Shown here: positions 47,174 to 60,049 of the stretch, piece after piece
Position numbering within the stretch: the stretch's first letter is position 1
Layout of the letters: every line of letters starts with the position of its first letter
Assembly: GCA_043228905.1 (NCBI GenBank)
Contig: JBHGNT010000001.1
Coordinates: 3,472,001-3,536,000 of the forward strand
Length of the DNA stretch: 64,000 bases
Direction of reading: 5' to 3'
Source: Azolla caroliniana
Taxonomy: Eukaryota; Plantae; Polypodiophyta
Notes under the pieces: model-generated
Told to the model about the DNA's origin: nothing
The model's input: the letters and a program-made list of their open reading frames with translations, nothing else
Database searches by the model: none
Made by a program: the position numbers and the translations under genes

Positions 47174-50100
47174 TGATAGGAACTACACGCCCCCTATGCG
47201 CAACGCTCGGCCACAACCAAACTTAGAATCATACACAAAAAAACGGGAATGAATGAGCGACACAGTGAAGAGAAGAATACACAAGATGTTTACGTGGAAA
47301 AACCCAAACTAGGGAAAAAACCACGGCAAACCACAGGCTGCAAACTATCACTATGTTACAGTGTACAACAGTAAAGCACCGAGGCAACAACCTCGAGCTT
47401 TCTATCTTTGCCACAGGCGGCGGCTACAACAGAGGCAACGACCTCTTCCTCTCTCTCTCTCTCTCTGTACACAGTTACGCGCTCTGATCTTGCGCAAACA
47501 AGAATGACAACACACGCTCAAAAAGTTTGCCCTAAGTCATATTTATACTAATATGACTTTTCGGCTATTTACAAATACAGCCACGATGGACTCTCAAAAA
47601 CATATTTACGAATATGTCTCTTCATCCGGTGAGCACTCCTCACCAGGCCTGCTGCATCATCCGGCGCTTGCCGGGTACTCGTCATCCGGTTCTCACCGGG
47701 TCTTCCGTTTCCGGGTACTCCTCATCCGGTTCTCACCGTGTCTGCACCATCCGGAGGGACCTGTTTCCTAACAAACTCCCCCTTCACTCCGGCATGGGAT
47801 GTCTTACTAGTCCGATCCGCTTCCGGCATGCATCCAGCTTGTTGGGTATCAGTACTTTGGTCAACATATCTGACCCGTTCTCAGCCGTGTGGATCTTCGT
47901 CAGCGCGAACTCCTGGTCATCTACTCTTTCTCAGATCCAGTGGTACCTTCGCTAGATATGCTTCGTCCGGGAATGGTAGGCCGCATTCTTAGCAAGGTGG
48001 ATGGCACTTTGACTGTCACAATAGAGCCGATATTCATCTTGTCGGATACCGAGCTCTCCGATGAAGTCCTTCATCCATAATATTTCCTTACCGGCTTCCA
48101 CAGCCGCCATGTACTCCGCCTCCGTGGTTGACAATGTAACCGTCTTCTGCAGCCTCGATTGCCACGAAACAGCTCCCCCTGCATATGTCATTACATACCC
48201 GGATGTAGACCGGTTGGTATCCACATCAGCCGACATGTCCGAATCGGTAAAACCGTCAAGTTGAGGTTTTCCGGAGCCGAATCTGAGACACATATTTGAA
48301 GTGCCCTTCAAGTACCGGAGTATCCATTTGACCGCGTTCCAGTGCTCCTTGCCGGGATTGCTCATAAACCGGCTCACCACTCTGACTGCGTATCCTATAT
48401 CCGGTCGGGTACACACCATTGCGTACATTAAGCTCCCAACGGCAGAGGCATATGGAACCTTCATCATATCAGCCTTCTCTGCTTTCGTCTTCGGGCTTTG
48501 CTTACCGGATAACCTGCAGTTTACCGGAAGTGTCGATCCGACCGGTTTCGCTTCTAACATGTTGAACCACTGAAGCACCTTTGTCACGTATTTCTCCTGT
48601 GACAGCCATAGTTGCTTCATTGGCCAGTTCCGGATGATATGCATCCCCAGCATCTGTCTTGCCGGACCGAAGTCTTTCATCACGAAGGTTCAGTTGAGAG
48701 CCTTCTTCAGCATCCGTATTTTGGCTTGGTCCCGTCCGACAATCAACATGTCGTCCACGTACAGAAGGTGTATTAGGAAGTTGCCTCCTTCGAACTTCTT
48801 CACAAACACGCAGTGATCGGCCTGCGTCTTGTGGTACCCTTGATCGGTCATGAAGGAGTCGAACTTTCGGTACCATTGTCAGGGAGCCTGCTTCAGTCCG
48901 TACAGGCTCTTCTTCAACCGACAAACCAGGTGCTCCTTCCCATACTCCATGAATCCTTCCGGTTGCTGCATGTAGATCTCCTCTTCGAGGTCACCATGAA
49001 GGAATGTCGTCTTCACGTCCAGCTGCTCTACCTCGAGGTCCATGCTTGCCGCTATGCTCAGCACCGTTCGGATGGAGGTCATCTTTACTACCGGGGCAAA
49101 TATCTCGTCGAAGTCCACACCCTTCTTCTACTAGAACCCCTTCACCACGATCCTGGCTTTGTATCTCGGGGGGTTGCCGGCATCTCCCAGTTTCAACTTG
49201 TACACCCACTTGTTTCGGAGTGCATGCTTTCCTTTCGGCAACTCCACCAATTCGTACGTATGGTTCTCATGCAAGGAATCCATCTCATCCTGCATGGCAC
49301 TTAACCATATGCAGTTGTGGGCGTCATCCTTCGCCTCTACGAAGCTTTCTGGCTCCCCCTCATCGGTTAGCAGCACATGCTCTGCATCCGGAAATCTCCG
49401 GGGGGGCCTTCTCTCTCTGAGAGGATATCTCTGTCTTTGGGCTTCGGTAACCGGGCCCTCCATTCGCTCTTCATCTGAATCCGATTCGGGGTCTTGGCCG
49501 GTTCCGGTTTCAGGTTCCTCTACTTCTTCTTTTGCCGGTTCGGTATCCTCACCGTAACCGGCTGGTTCCTCGAGTGCTAACTGATCTCTTGCCGGTTGGG
49601 ACTGCTCACCGTAGAAATGATCCTTACCAGTCGACTTGGAGTTCATTATCTTCTTCTCCGACTCCCAGTCGACGAGCGTCATGTCCTCCATGAAGATAAT
49701 ATCTCGACTCCGGAATACCTTCTTGTCGACCAAGTCCCACACTTGATAGCCGAACTCATTGTCGCCGTAACCGAGGAATATGCATGGCCGGGTCTTTGGA
49801 TCTAACTTTCCTCTCCGGGCCTTAGCTACATGCACGTATGCGAGACACCCGAATACCTTCAGATGCCGATAGGACACTTCCTTACCGGTCCAGAAGACTC
49901 TCTATGGCGTGTCTCTGTCCAAGGGTACTGAGGGTGATCTGTTTATCACATATGTCGCCGTTGACAGTGCCTCAACCCAAAACTTCTTGGGTAGTTTTGC
50001 ATGCGCCAACATACTCCAGACCCTCTCCATTATGGTCTGGTTCATCCTCTCGGCCAGCCCGTTTAGTTCTGGCATCTTCGGCACGGTAAATTCGAGCCGG

Positions 50101-52564
50101 ATTCCCTTCGAGCGACAGTACTCCTCGAACTGCCCCCAGTATTCAGCTCGAACCGCCTTCAGCTTCCAGCCGGTTTCTCTTTCCATTGTCGCGTGGAGCT
50201 CTTTGAAGAAGAATAGCACCTGATCCTTCGTCTTCAATGGTGAGGCCCACAGCTTCCGGCTGTGGTCATCTATGAACGTCACGAAGTACTGCGATCCTGC
50301 ATGTGACTTCGTGTCCACTTGACACGCATCAGTATGCACCAACTCCAATGGTGCATTACGTCTCATCGGTGGCCTTGGTCGGAAGGAGGTCCGGTTTTGC
50401 TTACCGGCCAGACAATCAGTGCACTTCTCCAAGTGCACGTTCTTCACTGGAATGAGGTTGTCGTCTGCAAGCCTCTTCATCCCCTTCTCGCTCATGTGAC
50501 ATAGCCTCTTGTGCCACAGCTCACCAGTAGTGTCGGATGCCACGTTCACTTCTTCCGGGCATAACTGGGCATTCATCAGGTACAACGTGTTTACTTTCCG
50601 AGCCCGAGCCATAATCAAGCTCCCTTTGCTGAACTTCATAACACCGTTCCGGATGCTACCCGTGTAGCCTTCATCATCTAGCCGACCGGCTGATATCAGG
50701 TTGAGACGAACCTCTGAAACGTGTCGGACATCCTTCAGCAGCAGCTTGCATCCGGTTGGTGTTGTTAGCCACACGTCTCCTATGCCGACAATTCGGCATG
50801 TACCTTCATTCCCCATCCGGACACAACCGTGATCACCGGTTGAGTAGGATGAGAAGCATTTCCGGTCCGGGGTAAGGTGGAACAACGCTCCGGAGTCGAC
50901 CACCCAGGTCGTTCCCGCTTGCCGGCAAGGTTTATCTCACTCTCCTCGGTGATGAGCATCAACTCTTCTTCACTTGCCGCGATTGCCGTCTTTCCCTTCC
51001 GGTCCGGTCCCCTCTGGTCTTTGCCGTTCTGGTTCGGTGCCCGCTTCGAATCGGTACCGTCGGTTTCCTTGTCTTTTCGGAAATGCCGATAGTTCTTCTA
51101 GAAGTGTCCAGGCTTGCCACAATAGAAGCAAGTAGGCCTCCCCCTTGACTTTGACCGCGTCCCCGACTTTTCCCGGTTCTGGGGACTATGGTTTCTTTGT
51201 CTTCCGCGTTCCGATTCAATAAGGAGCGCTTTGGAGTCGGAGCTCGTATCCTTATCTTTCCGACACGCCTCCTCATCTAGCAAGCTCAACTTCACTCTTG
51301 CTAGGGATAACCGTTTCCCTTCCGGCCCGGCGTTGTCCAAGGTGACAACCAACGTCTCCCACCTATCTGGGAGGGAACCGAGCAGGAGTAGTGCTAGTAC
51401 CTCATCGGCAAGAGGTACTTCTAATGATGTTGCCTTGTGGATCAGCCCCTGAAAGGCATTCATGTGCTCCGCCATGCTGGAGCCATCTTGGTACCGGAGA
51501 CTTACTAGCTTCCGAAATACCGAAACCTGATTAACAGCATTTTTGTTTTGAAACATAATGTCGATCTTCTCCCAGAGCTCATGAGCCTTGCTCTCTTCAT
51601 TGAAGTTGTTGTATAGGCTCATGTCGATGAAGCACCGTATGTACGTCGTTGTCTTCATGTGCATCACCTCCCATATCGCAGCGTTGATTTTGTCCGGTCT
51701 CTTGTCCCCGAACTGAACCGGCAGCCAAAGGTCTTTAACCACGAGCATGTCCCTCATCTTCGACTTCCACACCAAATAGTTGGAGCCGGTGAGCTTGAAC
51801 ATGCCTCCCAACGAATCGTCCATTTTTCTGTGTTGCCTTGCTCTGATACCACTTGACAGGAACTACACGCCCCCTATGCGCAACGCTCGGCCACAACCGA
51901 GCTTAGAATCATACACAGAAAAATGGGAATGAATGAGCGACACAGTGAAGAGAAGAATACACAAGATGTTTACGTGGAAAAACCCAAACTAGGGAAAAAA
52001 CCATGGCAACCCACAGGCTGCAAATTATCACTATGTTACAGTGTACAACAGTAAAGCACCGAGGCAACAACCTCGAGCTTTCTATCTTCGCCACAGGCGG
52101 CGGTTACAACAAAGGCAACGACCTCTTCCTCTCTCTCTCTCTCTCTCTCTCTGTACACAGTTACGCGCTCTGATCTTACGCAAACAAGAATGACAACACA
52201 CGCTCAAAAAGTTTGCCCTAAGTCATATTTATACTAATATGACTTTTCGGTTATTTACAAATACAACCAATATGGACTCTCAGAAACATATTTACGAATA
52301 TGTCTCTTCATCTGGTGAGCACTCCTCACCGGGCCTGCATCATCCGGTGCTTGCCAGGTACTTGTCATCCGGTTCTCACCGGGTCTTCCGTTTCCGGGTA
52401 CTCCTCATCTGGTTCTCACCGGGTCTGCACCATCCGGTTCTCCGTAGCCGGATACTCGTCATCCGGTTCTCACTGGGTCTGCACCATCCGGCTCTCCGTA
52501 GCCGGCTACTCGTCATCTGGTTCTCACCGGGTCTGCACCATCTGGAGGGACCTGTTTCCTAACA
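47174..52564 (-). mobile_element. Element C3: full-length decayed Ty1/copia (LTRs 47174-47773 and 51854-52564)
   Basis: TSD CTCTG/CTCTA, iMet PBS at 51840-51851, PPT at 47774-47783. Confidence 0.95.
47784..51823 (-). pseudogene. C3 gag-pol with several stops and frameshifts; close relative of C1
   Basis: ORF fragments of 241, 333, 248, 79 and 243 aa are collinear with the C1 polyprotein. Confidence 0.93.
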
Positions 52565-54595
52565 CTCTAGGTGTGCCTTTCCGGCCCGGCACCCCGCTTC
52601 ATACTTACCTTGCCGGCCCTTCGGAAACCGTAACTGGCCGGTAAAGGTTTCACACCCTGACTACCCCGTCTTGCCGGCTCTCGTTGTTGTCGGGTCCCGT
52701 TTCCCGCCGCCATCGTCTTTCTCCTTGGTCTTACGTTGCCTCGTCGCCTTGCACTGCCAAGGTCTTCTAAACCGATGTCGAGACCCCATAGGACCATGTC
52801 TCCGTTTTCGACGCCGTAATCTGGGTTTGTCTTTTGTTTGAATCGCTCCCAACTCTCCTCGTGTCTTCCGCATAGTCGGGTCCCGTGTCCTGCCGCCACA
52901 GTTCTTCTCCTTGGTCTTACGTCGCCTCGCCGGCTTGCATTGCCAAGGTCTCTGGAACCGGTGTGAGGACCCCATAGGATCGGCTTCCTTTATCCTCATG
53001 ACCTTTCCGGAAGGTTTGTTTCGGTTCGTGGCCGCCTCGCCGGCCTCATACCTCTTTTCGCTCTTTGTTCCGCATCCCATCGTCCGATCACATTCCCCTG
53101 CCGCCTCCGTCCTTTCCTATAGAACTCACGCCGGCACTCGGGCCGACCGCCGGTTCGGTGTGAGGATCTCTGTAGACCGCCCATCCGCAGTCCCTTTACC
53201 TTCGTCCCCTCGCCGCCACCGTTCGTTACTCTAGGTCTCACGCCGGATCTCAGGCCGACCGCCGGAATCTGTAGAACCGGTGTGAAGGATCCTCCTCGGG
53301 CTTGTCGTATCTCTTACCCTTATCCCGGGTCGTCTTTGTCTGCAAGTCGAGAGGGTGGCTCACTCCACACCCCCTCTCGTGGCACCGTCGTACCGCGTTC
53401 CCGGCCTCTTCGTACGCATGTTCTCCCCCCTCTTCCGGATCGGCTATCCGGAAGTCCGCTCCGCCCAGTTCTCGTCCAGGTTCGACCGTCATTCTCTGGA
53501 TTTCCGAGTCCCGTTCTCCTACCGCCACCGTCAATATCTTGGTCTTACGTCAGATCCAATGCCAACCACCGAAGTCTCTAGCCCTGTGTGAGGTGACCCA
53601 TAGGACCGGTCTTCGTTCTCCCAATCCAAATCGGTTGTATTGGCCGTGACCTCTGCATCCTCGCCGCCACTTTCCGTCTCTCAGGTCTTCCGTTGGTTCA
53701 CGGACGCAACCGCCTAAATGTTGGGAACGAGTGTGGAGTACCCATACTTCAGTCAATTGTCTCTTCCGTTTCTCTCCGTCGTCTTCGTCCCCCTTTCTTG
53801 CGCTTCCCCAAGATTTCCCTTCTCTTTCGGTCTCACGTTGCCATGTTGGCTCAAACTGCCAAAGTCTCCAGTCAAGATGTGGGGTAACCGATTTCGTAAC
53901 AACTCCCGATGACTCGCCCAGGCCACCGACCCTTTTAGTGGTGTTGGTGGATAGCATCCGCTCTGTGATCAACCAAGCCCCGCCTGGGCTTGATTCTCCA
54001 ATGTCCGGAGTTTCGGCTCCGATGCCAATCCTGCCGGACTCGTTCTGAACCCTTGATCACCTCCCTTTCGATTCCCGACCTTCGCCCGGTCGGTCTTTCT
54101 CCCCATGTAAAAGAGGGTGGCTCGTACCGCACCCTCTTTCTTATCGGCACCTTCATGCCGATTTTGGCCCCGGTCGAACAATCCATGACCGGATCGCGCT
54201 CCACCAAAATCGGTGCGCCGTACGGTTCGGTCCCCGGTCAGGTCGTTTCATGGTTCCTCCGTCGACCTTCTTGCGGGCCACTTCCCATCCTTCTTCGTTG
54301 GCATCGTGCCAAGACTCCTCGACACCGTCATCCATCTCTTCAGTCTCACTTGGGCGTAAGTGCCCAAATGCCGAGTTCTCCGGAATCGGTTCGGAGGGCT
54401 TTTGTCTGTTCCTTCCCCGTATCGTCTCGCCGGTGATTCTTGGTCTCACGCCGCCGCCTTCCTCCTCTTGGGACTCACGTGGGCACTCGGGCCCGACTGC
54501 CCTTGCCTCGGGAGCAAGTGTGGGAATACGCGTAGAATCGCTCGTCCTATTTACGCCCTTGTCCGTAGCCACCGGCTCTTCGTGGTCAATGGACA

Positions 54596-55609
54596 TCACT
54601 TTCCGATCGTGCAAGCCCCACCTAGGCTTGCTTCTCCAATGTCCGGAGCCTTGGGCTGACATGACCGAAACTGCCGGTCCCAACGTTCCGATTTTGCGAT
54701 CGGTATCTCGGCCTTGTCCTTGGCCGTTCTATCTCCGCAATCCGAGAGGGCGTTTTGTTTTGCACCCTCTCCCGTGGTACCATCGTACCGGTCTTCTGCC
54801 ATCTCGTGGGGCAAGTTCGTCTCCTCGGCGTCGGCTTGCGGCCTCATTCTTTCCTCTTCTTTGAGCATTGCCTCGAGAGCTGCGTATGCCTCCACAATCC
54901 TGGCCCCGAAGCCGAGCCTTGCTGACTCTCTTTGTCGTTCGACCTCTTCCCGCTGTGACGGCGCGCCGTCGCATGCCTTCCTCCTAGCCTTCTCGGCTCG
55001 TTCGTCGTCTAGCTGTTGGCATACCCTTCCAACCTTTGACCAATCCTCCGTAAGGCCATTCGCTTCGTCATCATCTTCGAGCTCAATCCCGATGGCATCC
55101 CGTTTCGCTCGGTCGATCGACCTGACGAACAACAGGACTTTGTCCGCCCCCACTAAACCTTGCTCCCGCTCCAGGAGCCGAGCAAGCTGTCGCTCAAACT
55201 CTCGGAACGCCTTCATTGCACCCCGGTGGGTCTTCCCCGATGCCACCCACTGGTCGAAGCCGCACCGTCCCCGGCTCTTTCGTCGTCCCCCATATGCCTG
55301 CAGGAGCGCCTCTTCGAAGGCCTCCCACGAACTATGAGCTTCCCGGAGCTCCATCACTTACGTGTGCATACAGACGGCGACGACTCGATAGAAGAACTCC
55401 AACCTCAACGCCTCGTCTACGTCTCGCTCCTCCACTTCCGCGTTGTAGGCTTCCAAGTAGAATGGGACTCTGTCCCCGTTAAAACAACCGACTCTTTCAA
55501 CCACTCGCTCGACAGCTTGCTGCGTCGTCTCTCTTCTCCTTGTTGCTCGTCCAAACTCCCTCACCACTTTGACAAAGAGTTGCACGAAGTCGTCTTCTTC
55601 CAACTCCAT
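54596..55609 (-). pseudogene. Gag-like ORF of element D with an in-frame stop at 55358-55360
   Basis: VGCFNGDRVPFYLEAYNAEV, KVLLFVRSID and GLTEDWSKV are homologous to the B, E and F gag. Confidence 0.8.
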
Positions 55610-55763
55610 TCTCCCTTGCCGCCTTTCACGTCGGGTTCACCAAAGATGTCGCGTTATTACGCGCGTGCGTGTCGAAAGGGCGAGACCACGGGGGTCTCGG
55701 ACGAGGGAGAAAGGGATGCTGAGACAACCGACTCCGGACATGACCCGAGGCAACCAAACACGA

Positions 55764-55829
<66 letters not shown>

Positions 55830-58800
55830 ATGCGCGCGACACCGACTCTTATACACACATGAAACAAGAAAGGGGTATGCTCTCGGCACCACCGAATACA
55901 CCAATATGCACAAACAGATACGATTATATATATAACAAGGGAAAATATACAACCATGGCTTCGAGCCGGCTACGCTCAGAAGAAGAGAAGTTAACCTAAC
56001 AGCTTTGGTGCCATAGCTGCGGCGCCTGACTTCTTAAGAAGGAGAAGAAGAAGAAGAAAAGAAACAGGAAGTTACTAACCCTAGGAACCTTTAACAAAAG
56101 AAAGACCCTCTACAAAATGGTATACCCTTACGACTCAAAATGGGCAACCCCTCTACAAGAGACCCCTTCCTTGCTTTTATAGCCCAAGGAGGGAGGGTCG
56201 TTACAATGTGGGATAAATATCCCCTCTTTATTCTATACACCATTTTACATTGTAAGTGTGCACATGTTGCACACCGCCGACTTGCCCATTCCATCCTGGT
56301 TTCACACTATGGCCCAGAATCTTCACGACACCGGTTCTACTCACGAATACGTGTTCAGGTGCATAGAAACCGAGCAAGGTAATGCTCAGATAGAAGAGAA
56401 CAAAGAAAACAAATAACAAACTCAGAAACTCAGAAACGAGACACACATATTTTATGTGGAAAACCTGAAAGGGAAAAACCATTGGAGTCCCCAAACTCCG
56501 AATTGGATCACTACAATGAGGAGTACAATGAGGCAACAACCTTAAGCTCACCTTTGTCAGACTGATGGTTGTAGTGTTACTAGCTATCTCTCACTCACTC
56601 ACAGTTACAGAAGTAGCCACCTTCTGTGTCACTATACAACTTAATAATGATCAACTATATACCCTTAAAGTTTGCCCTAGTTGTTTATATACTAAAACAA
56701 CTTTCTGGCTATTTACAAGTATAATCCACATGAGGCACATTTGGAGTATCTACAAATATAGTCTCCCGATTTTGGAAATCGATTTTTGGCCTCGGTCGAG
56801 CTTGCTCATCGATTTCGGCTAATCCCATCTGGAGGGACCTGGTTTTCCCAACAAAATCGAGGAATCATTGGAGAATAAAGAAACGCGAGCCGAGATCCGA
56901 AGGAAGAAACGACAAGTTTGGAAGTTCTTCTTGAACAATGGATTAATCTGGAGGGAACCGAAAAGACCGGATGACATACAACTCCGGGTAGTCGGCACAA
57001 AGGAACAACAGAAACAAGTAATATCCGAACTTCACGAATTTGATTGGGCTGGACACCGGGGAACATGGGCAACATTTGCAAAGATCAAACAAAAATATTG
57101 GTGGAAGAATATGTACAAGCATATAACGGAGTTCACCGAAAGTTGCGATAAATGTCAGATCTACTCTGGAGTTCAACATGGGGACGAATTACATCTGACA
57201 TTGTCACCGACAATCAATTTTAAATAGATGGTCGACATCGTGGTCATGCCAATCGGGGTCGGACAAAAGAAGTACTTGGTGCTAGCTCGGGATTATCTGA
57301 CGAACCAAGTAGAAGGTCGGGCGCTACGGATAAAAACATGTTCTGCAGTACGGAAGAAGTGTTATGTAGGTATGGGTGCATAGGACAAGTAATTGTGGAC
57401 CGGGGAGAATTTGATTCTGATAAAGCTAGGGAATTCTTCGCCAAACATGGGGTAAGATTAAAACTAACCACGACATACAATCCAGAAGCAAACGGGAAGA
57501 TCGAACGAGGACATCGTCCAATCGTAAAAGCACTCACAAAAGCATGCAACGGAAGGGTGAAGAATTGGCCACAGATGCTTCCGTATGCACTATGGGTGGA
57601 TCGCACAACACATAGTTCCGTGATCGGTTATATGCCAACGGAAACTCGGAAATGCCTAAGGAAACCGCAATTGCGACATGAATAGTGCTACCATGGAAGG
57701 AAGAGATGAGTCGGGAAGAACTACTAGCGGTTCAAATATGACAGCTAGAAGGAGGACCGGAAGACATAGCAAAAGCAATACGCTGACAATAAGATGCGCG
57801 ATTCCGAAACAAAAGTCAATTCGACACAAGGCACCGTCTATGACCACAGAAGATTGAAGAAGGAGAAGATTGGGTGATAGTCTATGACAGCAGTTTGGAT
57901 CATCAACACCAAACGATACGGAAATTCACTCGAAGGTGGTTTGGACCATACGAGGTTCGAAAAGCATTCGACAACAGAACTTACCGGCTAAGTGAGCTAG
58001 ATGGAACAATACTTCGAGTGCCTATAGCGGGGAAGCGGGTGAAGATTGTCAAAAAGCGAAGTGATGACGAACCCTACATAATCTTAGACAAAACCGACAC
58101 ACATGAGTAATCGGACAAGGATCACGGAAGTGTGGAAATCGAAGAAAGTGGGCTAGAATTAATAATCGACATAGGAGAAGGGATAGAGGGTGCTACGGAT
58201 GAAGAAGAGTAACAAGTATCGGAAACTTCGGCATATACCAAAGGATATGCAAGTTTAGAGGGGATGAGTGTCGTAGTGTACTTCGTACATTATGTGAAAT
58301 ATGTACGGATTACCTGAAATAGAGAATTGGCAAGAAGAGGTTGATTATGTAATGCATCCCACGTAAAAGACTTGTCCTTAAGCAAAAATGATTTAATCAC
58401 ATCCCATGCCCTTATGGTTCCTAGCCAAAATCATTTGGATGCAAGATCCCACCTTGGCGTTTGCATATCAGAAACAACCTATTGTAACTTTGTTTTGGAC
58501 CAAGATGCATTACCATGAAAGAGGGGACCATGGGCAATCCACATATTTGGTTTTTTATTTGCATTTTTAAATTATGTGTGGAGTTTGCAGTTACATGGAA
58601 AGATTGAATAATTCCCATAAAAGTATTTCTTAGCAAAAAACGGTGGTGAAAACTACAAAAAAATGGAGGTCTAACTACATAGAAAACTAGGGGAAATTTT
58701 GTATATTTTCAAATCTGATGCAATGCATCAGATTTTTGTTGCAAATCCAACACTTACAACAAGAATCCATTGCACGGCATCAGATATGAGATGTATATAG

Positions 58801-60049
58801 TATAATCCGATGTAGTGCATCATGGTTTTAAGTGATGCTTCTTGTTTGTCTTTTTTAATGGAATTTTTTTTTAAAAATCCAAGACTTACAACAAGAATCT
58901 GATGCACTACAACGAATTCTAGATGTATAAAGTAAAATTTGACGTAGTGCATCAGATTTGGATGGAACGCATTGGATTTTTGTTTGACATCAAAGGCTTA
59001 CTATGAGAATCTAAGAAAAACGAAAACGCATCTTTATGGCATTTTTTAGATTCTAATGATTTTAGTAGAATAAACAGTAGCTTGCAGGTTTCTCTCACGT
59101 AATCAAATATCGTAAATAGAAAGTACATAATTAAATATCATAAACAAAAAGTGAAGAAGAAATAATGCATCAAGCACATCTACTCTCACATTGGATAATG
59201 TTTATATACTCGTGTATGACTTATCTTTGACCAAAACAAGCTATCTGCAACAAACCACAATGAAGATACTAAAAGAGAAGATCTTGAATGTGGCTCCAAA
59301 CACAAAACAAAGACAAACAAGAAGCATGACTCATAACCACGATGAGGTTGGATTGCAATTGGATGAAGACAATGCATTAGTTGCCACTGATGATGAGGAT
59401 GAGACCTCACAAACTCCTATTAGTTCATCTGATGGGTATGAAGATGATGGCATAAACTTGGAAAACGATTGTTTTGATTCGTTAACTGTAAATATTGTTT
59501 TGTACATCAAGATTTGGATTCATGAATTTCTATAAATATTAGTGTTACTCATTTTGGACATTCATTTGTAAGTTTGGCATGTCCATTATTTAGGCATTTT
59601 TTTGAACACCTAAATTTACGTACATGCTAGAAATCAATATATTTTTGGGTCATTTTTAAAAATCCTTTACGCTTGCGGCACCCCTTATATTTGTGAATCG
59701 CCCTCATTTGTGTCAGTTTTTGATGCGACATATTACCTATTTCAAATGTCCCGGTGTTATTCACAATTATTTCATAATCTACATAACCCCCCACCCGTAT
59801 CAATTATGTGCTTTAGCATTTGGTGCTACTATCACTTTTTTGGCCTATAGCTTTATTGCATTCTAAACTGATCAACCAAAATTGGATGCTCTTGGTTCAA
59901 AATCTCTTTCAGCCAATGGTCTTCGCATAACATTATAGAGCAAGTTTTTATTGAAAAAGAGCATAAACGTGACACAAAATTCAGTCCATGTGTTTTTTTT
60001 TTGCCCAACAATGGTTTATATTATGGTGATTTACATGATACTTCAACAT

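Larger units (their letters stand above)
45499..56330 (-). mobile_element. Element D: non-autonomous Trp-primed LTR element (LTRs 45499-46141 and 55647-56330), interrupted by C3
   Basis: 4-bp TSD CCGG, PBS at 55642-55626, PPT GGTGGGGGCAGA, gag-like ORF only, internal degenerate repeats. Confidence 0.93.
45470..56853 (-). mobile_element. Copia-type solo LTR G (45470-45498 plus 56335-56853) split by element D
   Basis: TGTTG...CCCAACA ends, 5-bp TSD AAATC. Shares GGAGGGACC and TTTGCCCTA motifs with the other copia LTRs. Confidence 0.88.
7543..58320 (+). mobile_element. Element F: decayed autonomous Ty3/gypsy host element (gag-PR-RT-RH-INT) in pieces at 7543-8252, 17883-18772, 37841-38121, 39593-40851, 44916-45469 and 56854-58268
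   Basis: Gag is homologous to the Trp-primed gag. Protease LIDYGSKINLM, RT SNAPYSNRWFTVPRKNG and LPQGAPNS, RNase H IETDCLP and HISGKDNAVEDMLSR, integrase HHCC/DRGE/YNPEANG/WFGPYEV. PPT GAGGGGATGAG then TGTCG at 58269. The pieces rejoin across the insertions. 5' LTR and PBS are missing. Confidence 0.88.

Noticed and set aside
58600-59750. Possible DNA transposon remnant (repeated ATGCATCAGATTT, acidic 114-aa ORF)
   Set aside because: No TIR pair, TSD or transposase motif could be identified by eye.
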